Assembly (NCBI RefSeq): GCF_964194025.1
Contig: NC_134470.1
Span: 69,688,001-69,752,000 of the forward strand
Length of the DNA: 64,000 bases
Reading direction: 5' to 3'
From: Convolutriloba macropyga
Taxonomy: Eukaryota
Below, one piece after another: positions 40,219 to 53,510 of the stretch. Both the position numbers and the translations under genes were made by a program. How positions within the stretch are numbered: the stretch's first letter is position 1; each line of letters starts with the position of its first letter. The notes under the pieces were generated by a model, which did not search any database, was not told the DNA's origin, and was given only the letters and a program-made list of their open reading frames with translations.

Positions 40219-41091
40219 AAAGCATAAAAGTGTGCTTTAGTTTATCTGGAAGTTTTCCTTTTCGAATGTTTTTGCATAATAGTTAGTTGAATTAAAACTA
40301 CGATTGGTCTATGCCCTCAAATAAAACACAGGCCACTATCGAAAAATTTGCTAAAGCTGTCTAAGCCGAACATTTGGAGACATAAGACGTTAAGCTGTTT
40401 TTTGGTTTGATCGTTTTGTTCGTACCTGCCGTTGCGTTTAGTGTTCTGAAATCTCGGAAAACTATTGGCTATTTTCCCAGAGTTTCACTAAAGGAAGACA
40501 TGCGCATTTTAGTTCCACATTTTAGCTACAATTTTCCTTCATTATAATTTGAAGATTAAATTTGGCTACAAGAAAAAAATTAACTAAAATTAGTTACTCA
40601 TCTTGCATAGAAGTTTTTCTACAACTTTTTAATGAGTCATCACGTTTTACGATTTCAATTGAAATTTCACTCTGTCTCAAAGTTGAGGAAAATTGGGAAT
40701 AAGAGGAGTTGGCACATTATTTGCGTCCGCACATTACCGCGCCTCCTTGATTTGTTGAAAATTGGGCTATCACCAAATTCAGGAAGATTGAAAATTATCA
40801 GCGGCACTTCGATTACACCAGGGAGGCCTTTTGACTTCTAACTAAGCAAACATACAAGCGCTGTTCACTACTTGATTTGATTTTGATTTTGACCTCATCG
40901 CAACATCTCAATAAAAAAATGCGCGTTATCATAGCTTTTCAATAGACCTCATATTTTAAAGGAGGGAGTGAGTAGATGTAGTCATCAGAGCCAATCCCGA
41001 CTAATCAATCAAAACGCGCCACAATTCGTTCAAATCATACCTATTTGGACAGGGGGATATTCAGAGCTCCATAGTTATTTAGGGAACGCAC

Positions 41092-41238
41092 CTGTATGTT
41101 TGGATCTGCTAATGTGTGTGATGTTATGTAGAAGGCATAGGCTATTAGTCCAGTTGCACACAAGACAAGAGTGAAGAGAAAAGTGGCCATTGGCGGGTTA
41201 ACCCTTCTCGCAATGCTTCCCATTATTCCACAGACCAT
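41092..41238 (-). CDS. TMEM248: TMEM248-like, exon 1 (first TM helix)
   Basis: MVCGIMGSIARRVNPPMATFLFTLVLCATGLIAYAFYITSHTLADPNIQ; PP-hydrophobic pattern as in TMEM248 (RPPLVVF); donor CAG|gtgcgt. Confidence 0.85.
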
Positions 41239-42292
41239 CTTGAATTCCAGGTGCTTTACCGCTCGTTAAATTGGTTATCCTTGGTTACAGTCAGGTACCG
41301 TTAGCCGAAAATAATATCCCGATTTTGCGTCTGGTCGATGCGCGTCTTGGACGCCTTTACAGAGAAAACGGAATAACTTTTCAGCTGTAAACCGAGACTG
41401 CAAGATAATCTGAAAATACCTCTAATGATAGTTGGTTACTTCTCAAAGCGGTATCATCATCATTTATGAATAATTAAGTTTAGTCACGACAAAGCTTATT
41501 CGAGAGGTTAGCTCACTCAATAGATGTCTTTTTAAGTACAGGAGATAACAGAACCTCGCAGTTCAACATGAATCAGAAATAGACTTGCGTATAAAATTTG
41601 GGTGTCTTGGATCATAAATTTATAAAAAGATACTATCAAAATTGAAGAAGATATAATATATGTAAAAGTAAAATGTACATCATCAATTAAATACTTCCAT
41701 ATGAACACATTTATCATTCACAGCTAAGTCACACTCCTAACAAAAACTATACCGGACACCACCTACAACCAACGACCACAGAGGATGATTCCCTTTCCTT
41801 CCGTGAGAACCACCTGTTATGCATACTCAGTGAAATGAAACATGATACATCTTGCAAGAGACGTATTGCAAGATGTATCTGCAAGTGACAACAATTGTTG
41901 TCTTGCAGGTGACAACAATTGGGACGCCTTAATAAGATCTTGTTAAGCTAAACTTTCATTGTGAATCTTTATAAGATTATGTAAGGTGGCTAAGACGTTG
42001 CATAACTTTTATCCATGGAAGAAAAAGGAAACAGTTTAAGGAGTAATTACAGTTTGGTTTGTGATATCACTACGACACTGGACACATGGTGCCAAACATG
42101 ATACATAAGTTCACAATGTTCTAACATCACCAAGAGTAACTGTTTAGTTCATCACAGTACAAGCTGTACAATAGCGCAAGGTTATTTGGCAAGGACATGA
42201 TTTGGGCCTCTCTCTAATTTCAACTGAGGGGTAGGAAACATCAGGAAATTCGCAATTTCATTATACACTTCATCAAAAATGAGGAGCAATAA

Positions 42293-42550
42293 TCAGTAAA
42301 ATCTTTTCATTTTCTTCTCTTCTCTGTCTTTGTAGAAGAGGTAGGCAACTGCGATCAGGAACACGGCACCAATGATAACAACGACTGAGATCAGGAACGT
42401 CTTGAGAGGCGATCGGAAAGTATTTGAGAGCATTGATGATTTACCATCGACGTGTTTTCTGGGAGCGTCGAACTTCTGAGCTCTTGGTATGGCTCTCAAC
42501 ATTGCCATGTCAGGTTTGAACTGCCCAACTTCATATGGAATACTGAAAAC
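42293..42550 (-). CDS. LMAN2: VIP36/LMAN2-like lectin, exon 4 (TM helix and KRFY tail)
   Basis: ttttacag|GTT TTC AGT; TM segment FLISVVVIIGAVFLIAVAYLFY; ends KKMKRFY, typical of VIP36/VIPL. Confidence 0.92.
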   Translation of the reverse strand, partial: VFSIPYEVGQFKPDMAMLRAIPRAQKFDAPRKHVDGKSSMLSNTFRSPLKTFLISVVVIIGAVFLIAVAYLFYKDREEKKMKRFY

Positions 42551-42843
42551 CTGTAAAAACGCACTTTACTTTAACATGGCAATGATTGGATGAATCAAAG
42601 CTTCAATCTCACTGGTTGAAAAATGTTTGATGCCCTCTGTCGTAACTTTATAACTATTGAGCCACAGCTCATATAATCAATACGATATCGGTCAGCCGCC
42701 AATTAAGCATGGTTGAATTGGAAAACCCCAGCTTGTGTTTTCTCTTCAATACGCTGAAACCCGCATGTCTGTCAAGAAAAAATTATAGCAAATTATAATT
42801 GACATTTGAGGCAGGCATCCTGTTTAGAGGAAACATTACATAC

Positions 42844-43049
42844 TTTGAAAGCGTGGATATCATGGTTGTCTGAGAGATCCCCAGTGACAGCAGACAATCC
42901 AAAGTAGTAATTAAGAGGCAGAATGACCCCATCAGACTCAAAACAAAGCTTCCAATCCTCGTCACCCGTTTGTACAGCACCCACCTCCATCAGAGTATGA
43001 ACTGTTATTTTGTCTTTAAAGTAACGCACTTTAACAGCTGCTTCACCTT
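42844..43049 (-). CDS. LMAN2: VIP36/LMAN2-like lectin, exon 3
   Basis: gtgtttag|AA GGT; WKLCF...YYFGLSAVTGDLSDNHDI L-type lectin motif; AAA|gtatgt. Confidence 0.93.
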
Positions 43050-43371
43050 CTAAACACGAAACTAAATAAGACATCTGAGAAAGAATAATTTCCCAGCCTA
43101 CACGGAAGAGAACCAACCATTTGTGAGAGTGGCCTGACTACAGATACTCTAACTGGTACGATAACAAAACAATTGGTACGATAGATTTAAAAGCTGTAAA
43201 GCTGTTCTATCAACTATGTTCCAACCATGATTGACTTGAACATAAATAGGCAGCACTTCACATGTGCTTTTAGCTTTTTTTTTGCCCGCGCGATGTCTAT
43301 TACTGATGTTTGTATAATTTGAGCATGGCAAGCGAACTTATTATTTAATAGATTTATAAATAATGAATAAC

Positions 43372-43687
43372 CTGTGTTTCTAAATGACATGTGGCAACCA
43401 TCCAACTGTGTATGTGTGCCATCACTGTCATGGTCATACAATAATGACCCATTGCTAACCATGGCTGATACAAAAGGATGTGCATGATTGTGATCTCCCT
43501 GGTGATTGGAGTATGTGTCAAAGAACATGCCGAGACCTTTGAAACCGTTTTTGGACCCAAACACAGGACCATATGTAAGTCTCTCTTGAGTGTACCATAG
43601 AGCAAAGCCATCTCCGTATAACGTCTTTCCTTTCCCATGCACTCTGAATGCAACCACCACTTCCCAGTAAGGCTGTCTCATTACGGA
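43372..43687 (-). CDS. LMAN2: VIP36/LMAN2-like lectin, exon 2
   Basis: gttttag|TCC GTA ATG; GDGFALWY, GPVFG, GLGMFFDTYSN, YDHDSDG motifs; ACA G|gttatt. Confidence 0.95.
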
Positions 43688-43893
43688 CTAAAACATTACC
43701 TAACATAACCATGTAAATATTGATACCTTTCCATAGAACATCATTTATTAATGCTCTGAGTTCCACATTGAAATCAATAATCTTCCTTATAAAGATAAAA
43801 AATGATAAAATTTTCATCATTTCCTACTTTTTTCTAGTTTATTATTCACATTTTCATCAGCAATAATTGAAAGAAAGCCAACTTAACTTCTAT

Positions 43894-46800
43894 AACATAG
43901 CCCGCAGATTGTCGGAATAGCTGCGAAAGAATACATTTGCGTGCCGTATATTAGGGATAGAAAAAGATATAAATTGAATAAAAAAGTTGTCGACGCAGCT
44001 CAAAAAGCTGTGTAAAAACATTAAGCAATAATTTAATAGAGTTTGTTAACATATCTGCCAGATTGGCAGAAAATAGCCGCAATAGATTCGTAGATCGGCA
44101 GTCTAAAAAAACAGTAAAAAAGACAGACCAAAAAAACGTCTTTTCATTGATCAAAAATCTGTATAAGTTATTGCTGCCTCTATTAGCTGATCTCAAATAA
44201 CCTTCATTTAGAGTGACACACACCCATTTGACCTTATATTTTTGAATTAAAGTAAATAAAAGTCAATTTCAAACTGAGGAAGTCATTTTTGAGAGTGAGG
44301 TAAGTCAAGTGTGACCAAAAATTTAATCACACGCATGAACAAAAAAACTCGCTCCACTAAGAGCGAAAGACAAAGTCACACATTCAATTCAGTTGAAATT
44401 GCATGAACGAATGAACAAAAAGTGGCTGTGACGTTATATGGTCGTAACAAAACTCATGACGACGAAATAAAAAACATAGCCGGAAGAATTCCGGAAGCGA
44501 CTCGAAGCGTCAGAACTTCACTAACAAAACCGTAATTGCAACGGAAGCCACTGCCTTTTGTATTAAACCATTAACTCACTGCCTCCCCAGGTCTGCTCTA
44601 AAAATTGGTGAAACTTAAACCACTGCCAACAAGAGACACAAAATGCAGCAAAATTTTATATTATTGAAAACGTTTGGTAACGTTAAAAAATCCAAAATAA
44701 TTAAGGTGGTCAAAAACCTGACAGTCTGAAAAAGCTGACAAGGTTATCAATAGCCCTCAAATTATTCATGATTCTAATCGAAAAAGATCGCGAAAGCAAA
44801 CGGCAGATAATAATCTTAGTAATTAAGTTAAATCTTTTCAAAAAAGAAAGCTCAAATTTAAGAAACAGAAAACACCTATAATACACTTCTAATCACTGCG
44901 ATTAAGACAAACAACAACACACACACACACACACACCTGTTCCTTCTTGTACATAAGCCAGAAAACATGATTTCATACTAAATCAAAAATAAAATTGATC
45001 ATAGAAAAGACATAAGCAGCAGAATATTCAAAGGCAAAAAATCGTTTTAACTAAAACCAAGGCCGGAAGAAAGCTATAGTAATTAGCCATAAGTGGAAAT
45101 TTTGGAAAAAGCTTGCTATCAAACTCTCAATACTGCCTTATGTTGAATGAAATCAATTGCAAACATAAGAAATGACGAAAATCTAAGAAAAAGCTGAAAT
45201 CAATCATTTTTTACAACTGAAAAAATCAATATACAGAAAATAAATGTAGGTGCCAGGACAAATCTAGAATGATACTAACTAGAATGTAAACATGGGCACA
45301 ATATAAGGAACACCGTAACAAAAAGACAATCTTGATTTTTGAAAGTTGAAAATCAATTTAAAAATTCAAGAAAAACGAATACATTTCATTGTTCAGCATT
45401 CAAGACATAGAAAAGATAACTATTCATCCGATACACAGATCTATCCTCCTGAAGAGAACCAAAAAATAGGAAAAAGCAGAATTCATAAATACGAAACATG
45501 GAAACATTTTGCAAAAAAATGGTCAAACAACATTTAAGTTAAGACTGCATTTATGAAAAAATTTTAACTGTTTTTTCAAAACTTAACGCCAAAAATGAGT
45601 GAAATTTTATTGAAACGAAATTAAAGTCCCTCATGTTGCACAGAAAATCTATTTCTAGCAATTACAAACAAAATACAAACGAAAAACTGACGAAAATCGG
45701 GAAAAAAACTACCAAAATCGGATTAGCATAGGTACAATTTTATAAAACAAAATTACATCGAGGTAGAAAGAGGCGTTGAGTATAGGGATTATCAAAAAGA
45801 AGTTGGCATATTACAGTTAATATGCCAACTTCTTTTTGATAATCCCTATACTCAATTTGCGATAAAAAGACGGTTAAAAGATCAAAAATGAAGAAATTAA
45901 AAAGCCAAAAATTAACTAAAAAATCAAGAATTATGTGCCTATTTTCCACTTGAAAAGCACTTTCAGGCTCTGCAAAACACTGTGGTATCAATTTCCGCGG
46001 TTAACATTTCAATGTAGTATCAGATAAAATTTATTTCTACAAGAAACCAAATTAAAAGCAAAAAAATTGGGCCACTTAGACGAAAAAACGGCTAAAAACG
46101 GTCATCTATATGTGCAATTCAGTCAAAAACTACTTTTCAAAGTCAAAAAGTCATTCACTAAACGCAGCGCATGATCAAAAAACTTCTCTCGCTTAGCGAA
46201 AATCTGTTCACCAAGACAGCTTTTAGGTCTAAATCTGTTCACTTTTAGGTCAAAATTCCGCGTGAACAAATCTACTTCCTGTAAAAAAAAACCGAGAGAT
46301 AACCAATACTCCTCTTCGAGTCGTAAAAAAACCAAGAGAATGCCAATAATAGCCCCAGCTATCGCTGTGCGGCTATAAAAAATAATTCTGCAGGTAACTT
46401 TTTCTTAGGAACCGTTATTACACATGCGTTCCTTTGACCTTAAAGTCACATATGCTCAAAATCTAATTCTCAAACAAGCTTGAAACGTTCGCTAAAGAGA
46501 GCGAGAAATGACGTCACGCGCGCAACTGTCGTTAGTGAGAAGAAGTCATAAAGAAGATTTGACTTTTTCAGCTTTGCTGTTTTTACAAATGTAAAACGAA
46601 AAAGAGCGTCAGACGAAGAGAAAAAGAAAATAGACAAAATGACCGACCTTTTTTCTGTTTTTTTTCAGTGTCAAAAATTGTTCTAAATTCGCCAACAGTT
46701 TCAGTTGGATTCTAAGACTATACTTAAATCATCTTCTAGACTGAAAGCTAATAAGCCTAATACCAATGTCAGCTAGCAAACACTCCAAGGATTTTTGATA

Positions 46801-48623
46801 TCCTAATTCTTTATGCCTTTATGACAGGCTTTATTGGTTTATCCCCCTTCTTTTGATTTTGGTTTTTTGCCATTCACCGTATTCGCTCCATTGCGTAATT
46901 TAATGCGTAAAAGAAATTAAAATTCATTCAGATGAAGCAGTGAATGAAGTAAGTTAGAAGCCAAACGTGAAAATCGTGACTTATGTAAAACGAAAAACGT
47001 GATAAAAGGAAAGCGAATTAAAAAACATACCCTGAAGAATTCCGAAAAAACTCGAAGAGTAGTCTTCGTGAATGAACACCCTTTTAAATTAACTGGTTCT
47101 TACAAATAACAAAAAAAAATCAGTGAAAAAATGAAGATAGCCCATAAACCCAGCTGAACTAAAAATTTACATGACTCCTACATATAAAACAAGCCGAACT
47201 ATTTGTACGTAATAGAAAACATCAAAGTTGGGCTCCCAAATTAGAGCAAAAAATATAACGCCGCAAAACCACTCGTTTTTTCGCTCGACTTCTTGTTTCG
47301 GCGTGACCGAAATTACTACTCTAATTTGACTTCAAAAACTATGTAAATGAGTTAACAGATCTCAAAAACATAGCCAGAAGAATTCCGGAAACGACTCGAA
47401 AAGTCGTCTGCGTGAAAGAATTGCCTTTTAAATCAACTCGTTCCTACTACCATGAAACTAAAAACAAAAAAAATCAGTCAAAAAGTGAAGATAGCCCTGA
47501 ACTAAAAACATTACATAACTCCTACGAAAACATCAAAGTATGCGAGCAGCAATGATCAAGCCAAGTTGGGCTCCCAAAACTTTATTTTGACCAAAAATTT
47601 GAATACTGCAAGAAATGTCCAAAAATTGTTTAAAAAATTTATCAATTTCCATAAGTTCTCTCAAAAGAAACACTATTTTACAATATAAAAACACTAATCA
47701 ATTGGTAACTAAATACACTCTGTCGCTTTAACAAAAAATTAGTTGTCGCTTTAAATCACAATGAACGCGATAAAACTAAACTGACCAAAAAAACAATCAA
47801 ATCGAAATTAATCACGAAAAAGACTAAAGAGGCAGAAAAAAACTCAAACGCAAAAAATTCGCATGTTACCAAAACCAAACCCTAAGAATGTTCACAAAAC
47901 ACATAATTGTTCAAAATTGGTATTAGTGAAGCTAGCAAAAACTCAATGCCATATTTTGAATAAAATCAGTAAGACAAAAATTATTAGTTCAGAACGACAT
48001 TTTTCAATTTATTAAAGGCATGTGAATGCAACTATACGTCTTAGGTGAGTGTTTGAAAGAAACATGCTAGATTGCGGAGAAAACATACATTGTAAAGAAG
48101 ATAAAAAAACTAATTCGCGATTTCTCAAAAATCAAAAAAAAGTTTAAATAATGTTATATAAAAATGTAAAAATGTTTAAAAAAATGTTTAAAATATGGTA
48201 TAAATTTTCACTGAATTTTAAAGAGTTATCGCCAAAAACAATGCAATTAGCAACAAAATGAAACAAAAAACACAGGGTGCACCAAAAGATATTTTATGGT
48301 AAATGAATTCAAAGTACAAACAAAAAACCAAGAAATTTGACAAAAATCGCCAAAATCGGATTAGTATGTGTACAATTTTATAAAAACGAAAACACCTCAG
48401 AAAAAGTTAGTTCACAAGGCAATTTTACTAACTTTCACTATTCGGTCAAAACACCGCTTGAAAAAATAGTACTTCCGGTAAAAGACCTTAAGAAAACCAA
48501 TACTCCATTTCGAGTCGTAAAAGAGCGCCTAAATAATAGCCGTTACGAGGCTGACGGCGGCTATTTAAAAAAAACCAAGAGCACCAGAATATAGCTCCGC
48601 TCAGCTTAGTTTCGCAGCTATAA
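43894..48623 (-). mobile_element. Family D element enclosing nested B, A, C-part and B2-stub elements (most of LMAN2 intron 1)
   Basis: Perfect 11-bp subTIR ATAGCTGCGAA 43917-43927 / TTCGCAGCTAT 48611-48621; B 44048-46378 contains A 44473-46326; a second A at 47366-48520. Confidence 0.75.
44917..44936. repeat. (CA)n microsatellite inside a family A element
   Basis: Directly visible. Confidence 0.9.
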
Positions 48624-48960
48624 AAAGATCAATTTAATTTGAAGCTACGTAATTGAGAACCTTTTAAGGGGCTTCTGTTTCCATCAAAATATCTACGAAT
48701 ACAACTGCTCAAGGGTGCTGTACATTATTAAATCAGCACCCATTTAGGACAATAAACTGGTAATTTTATTAGAACAAATTAGAAAGATTACAAGCAAACG
48801 ACTGACCCGTTTGTCAATTAACCACATCAGAATGAAGCCTTTAAAAAGTCATTAAATTTCCACTGTAGCCTAGGAGATGTTTCAATCAATCCCTTATTAA
48901 CTCAATGTATCGATCAGCAGTAATCTAAGTAACCACCGAGTCTTTCGAGAGATGCTTTAC

Positions 48961-49239
48961 CTTAGACCATATGGATCCCTGTTGACTCTTCTGATCAGGC
49001 GTCAATCTGATGTATCTGTCTGTTATCATCGCAGACCCTGAGATGTCCCACGCATACTCCTGCTGGAAAGGTTTGGTCAAGCTTAGGTTGTCTTCGTAGT
49101 ACTTCTTCGGCTGCTCATTTTCTTCACTTGTTGGGTTTGTAGAACCTTGAGTTGGGTTATAACATAGGGGAATGATGAGAATAAGCAGTTGTGTCAACAT
49201 ACTTGCGGGTGTAGTTAGATTCCAATCGTTTACCATCAT
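48961..49239 (-). CDS. LMAN2: VIP36/LMAN2-like lectin, exon 1 (signal peptide)
   Basis: Hydrophobic LLILIIPLC; SLTKPF, WDISGSAMIT, YIRLTPDQKSQQGSIWS; AAG|gtaaag. The start could instead be the ATG at 49236 or 49200. Confidence 0.92.
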
Positions 49240-49744
49240 TTCTAATTCTGAAAAAAATATTTGTCACGTTAATATGTAAAATAAACTCTTTACGGAACAA
49301 AACGATCAACGATGCATCGAGAGTTTTCTATATACCAGAAATTTTTCTTGAATTTTTGAGTTTAGACACAACGCTTTAACAGGAGGGAAAATGTTCATAG
49401 CAGTGTTGTATTTTAATAAAATTGCGCCATAATCATACCCGAAAAGGTTTCAAGAATACTCAACTGAAAACATAGCAGCACAAGTCATGAACTACAAACT
49501 AAAAATTGAATGAATTTAAGTGCCTGACTGTCGGCTTTATTACAAAAAAAATCTCAGAGTCAAAATAGAATATGTCACTACATAAGTTAAAAAAATCCAA
49601 GAGAAAACCGTTTTTAGAGAACTACTGAGTAAATTCATATCAACCACTAATTACAGTTTTAATCGGTCACAATTAGCGTTATTTGGAAAGCATACACCAC
49701 CTGTGAAGAAAACGACTGAGGTACAAAGCAACAAAATGATATTG

Positions 49745-51862
49745 AAACAAGGCGGCTCGTTAATGTGCGTTCGCACATGATGTTCCGACCCGAGCTCATC
49801 TACATTTTTGACTTAATTGTCAACCAAATGAAGAGATAACAAAAATAGATGTTTCAATTAAAAAAAAATGCTACATTTTAAGTTAATTAAACACACTAAA
49901 TTCTGCCTCGATGAAATAGCAATCATAGGCTTCATTCATGTGACATCAATAACTCATCACAATAAGTCGTATGGCAAAGAAAAATACATCAAAACCACGA
50001 AATTTTTGAGAAAACCCATAGTATCAAAGTCAAAAAATTCTACAGCTTTCAACGGAAGGCATTTAATACGCAAAATTATGCCTAGATGATGTGACGACTA
50101 GAATGTTTGTCATTCAAAATTTATCAATAAGACATTACAACAAGTCATTGACTATGAAAACAACAACAAAAACAGGCAAAATCCAAAAGTGCGGTAGAAA
50201 ATTGAGAAGAAAGTGTCGAAGCTATTTAAACCATAAGCTTTTGTTCTCTGAAAACTTTTTCAACGATCCATTGAACGTCTTCACTAAGCCAATGGGAGCT
50301 ATCAATATTAGGATAATGTAATACGATTTCAAAAGGAACCAAAATTACAAAAAAAATCCAAAAATTATAAAAATTATGGAAACTCGTGCACCGAAGTAAA
50401 AAAAACCAATAGTTAGAAGACAAAACCGCTAACTAGATAAATTGTTGCTGATGTAGAAAAAAAGCGGTTCTGCCATTACCGAGACTGACTTACAATCCAC
50501 GAAAATAAGCTTAAGACTGATTTATGTTCAAAAAAAATAAAAAAAATATTTTTAAAGCCTTAACAGCCATTAAACTCAAAAGCTTCCATAGGAATTCAAT
50601 GAACGCGCTCAGCTATGCCACGATGTGAACACAAGGTTGTTTATGATGCCTAGTTAATCAAAGAGACATCACAATATGTCTTATGACTATGAAAAAAAAC
50701 AACAAATACAGGTAAAAACCAAAATTTCTTTAGAAAAATGGAAGAAGAAAATTTTGAAGCCATTTAAACCATATTTCCAGAAAGTTTTATCTATGATCCT
50801 TTGGACGTCTTCACTAAAGGAAGATGTAGCCATCAATATTAGGATGACGTGATAAGATTTCAAAATGAACCAATAAAACGAAATATCCAAAAAATATTTT
50901 AAAAAATTTGAAATCTTGTGGCATTGAAGAGGTATAACCAATAGTTATTTGATAAAGCCGCCAATGAGATTAACTTATGTTGCAGTGTTATGAAGGAGTT
51001 CAATCCTTTTTTTACTGAGACGAACTTACAGTTCGCAAAAATAAGTTTATGATTTACTAATTTTAAAAAACTTTCGAAAATTTATTTTCAAAGTCTTAAC
51101 AGCCATTAGCTGTCCACTCACAGCACTAGATAGGTTCACCTAATGCTCATTAGCAAATCTATTGCACCTTTAGTCAACACGTTTATGCCATAGGATTATA
51201 AAACTTTAGTAAAACCTCAAAAAATAAATCAAAATTCCATTTGAAATTACGAAATTTAAGATACGAGTCCAAAAAAAAACATGAGCGATCTCTTCGAAAC
51301 AAATTTTGTGTTCATTGGGCTTCATTTGCTCGTAAAAGAGGTTTGTCATTAACGGAACTTCGATATTAAAAGTGTCTAGTAGTCTCTAGGTGACTTGAAA
51401 AAACAAAAAAATTGCAAAATTTTCTTAAAAAAAGAGCTCCCAAACCTAATTCGATTTTTTTAATATATATTAAACTTCCTTCTAAGACTAGAACTAGTCT
51501 TTATTATCTCCTTTCGTATATTAAAAACCTAAAATTGATTTACTTTTTGGCGTGAAATCTAGTTTTGAATTAAATTTTTCGTAGAAAAAACGTTAATTCG
51601 AACGAAAATTACGGTAAAAGTGAACAAAAGTGAACCAAATATCCAGTATTTACATGAAACTTTAAACCTCGATAACTCCTCGAAAAAAACAAAATTCAAA
51701 AAAAATCTTTTTAATTTCGAATTCTACGCTGGACGAGCTTTTTAATGATACCACGCACATTTCTCTACGATGAATATATCGGTCGGCCAAAATTCACGGA
51801 ACAAAAAAAACCCATTTGAGTATATAGTTCCTCCCCCCCCCCCACAAGTGGGGTCGGAACAA
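49745..51862 (-). mobile_element. Family F HINE-like element with two internal ~536-bp units
   Basis: First ~65 nt identical to the 14238 copy; subTIR TGTTCCGACCC / GGGTCGGAACA 51851-51861. Confidence 0.78.
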
Positions 51863-52822
51863 CAAGCCAACAGAATGTCAAGATAGCTGCAAAATAGATG
51901 TGCGAAACGTAAAATGTAGAGAAAGAAATACAGAAATGCGTTGATCAAGTCACCGATGTGATGTGAAAAACATGTTCGGAACATTACAACTTCATCAAAT
52001 GAAATGACCCGAGAAAGCAATAGCTCGGATTAAACTTCAGCCGCGATGCCTTATTACTAACAGTCTTCATTGTATAGGAGTCCTCTATTGACCTCAAAAA
52101 CGTTTAGAGTAAACTTAAGTCAATATTATTAACATGGTAAATATTATCATTTAGAGAGTGAGGTAAGTACTTTATTAATTTGATAAACTCAGCGTTCAAA
52201 AATACAAAGACAATGTGTGAAAACAAATAATGTCGAAGTCATTTGAAACTTCAGATAAAGGACACATGAATTTTCACAATCAAACGGTAGAAAATGCAGG
52301 CAAAAACAATTGATTACTTCCAACATTTTTCCCATAAAGCTGCAAGAAAACAGTTGCTAAAGCTTCGTAGAGCAGCAGTTTAAAAAAGAACGATAAAAAC
52401 AGGCCGAATATTTTTTAAAATTATTTTCGTTATGTCAGACTTTTTTTCACTTAAAACTGTTAAAAAATGAGTTGTTGCTATTATTTGCCTTCAAATAATC
52501 TTCAATTAGAGTGATATATAGTACCTAGACCTTGCATCCTTTAATTGAAGTAAGAGAGGGTCATTTCGAACCCGAGGAGAGTCATTTATGAGAGTGAAGT
52601 ACGTGTGAACCAAAAAATAAATCACGAGTACGAACAAAAAATTGGCTTCAATAAGTGTGAAAAATGACGACACACGCAGCTCAGTCAAAATTGCATTGAA
52701 AAGCAACAAAAAATAGATCTGAAGTAAGCATGGCATTTCGTTGTACCAAAACCACTTGACAACGAAATTTTAAACAGAACGGTAATAATAGCTCTGATCA
52801 GCTAACGCTAATGCAGCTATTT

Positions 52823-53354
52823 AAAAACATGCCAGGCAGATTGCCGGAAAATAGCCGCCGTTGATTCCCATAACTCTATTGGGATTGAAAGAAAAGAAAA
52901 TATCAACAAAAATTGATTTTTGTATATAAAAATTTTCAAGTGCGATTTAATTTGATGTGATTTCGTAATTGAACATACTCCTGTCTCTCAGTGAGAGGCT
53001 ACACGGTCTAGTACCGGTACCAATAAGCATTAGAGATAGTAACTAAAACTTATGAGAACAAAGTTCAAGTACCGGGCATCTAAAAATGGGTTTTATGGGT
53101 TTATCCCGTTTCTATTTCTGACTTTGATTTTTTTATACTGACTCTCTTCATTTTGAATTGCTTTGCTGAGCAGCTGCTGTTTAAAAGGACTTTGAGCAGA
53201 ATGACATAAGAGTGAAACTAGCCTAGAGAAGTCAAAAACATTTCACGCAAAATGTCGAAAAAGCGGCAAAATGGGTAAAGCGAAAAAAAAGTTCGATAAA
53301 GTAAAAAAAAGGAGCGCGATAATAGTCGGCTGAGAAGATGAGGGCGGCTATTAA
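52823..53354 (-). mobile_element. Family B2 HINE-like element, uninterrupted
   Basis: AAACATG..GGCAGATTGCC..AATAGCCGCC at left; GGCGGCTATT-AAAA at right. Confidence 0.65.
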
Positions 53355-53510
53355 AAATAAATGCCATTAAAATCTTCAGCTGCGTAATCAGGCTTGTAAG
53401 CAAACTAGACTATGAATTAACACTGAATCAATTTTGTACGCCATAATGGGTTACGGGTAGAATGAAAACCTTAACTAACTTTAAATAAAACGGAAATGTC
53501 CGAAAAAAAC

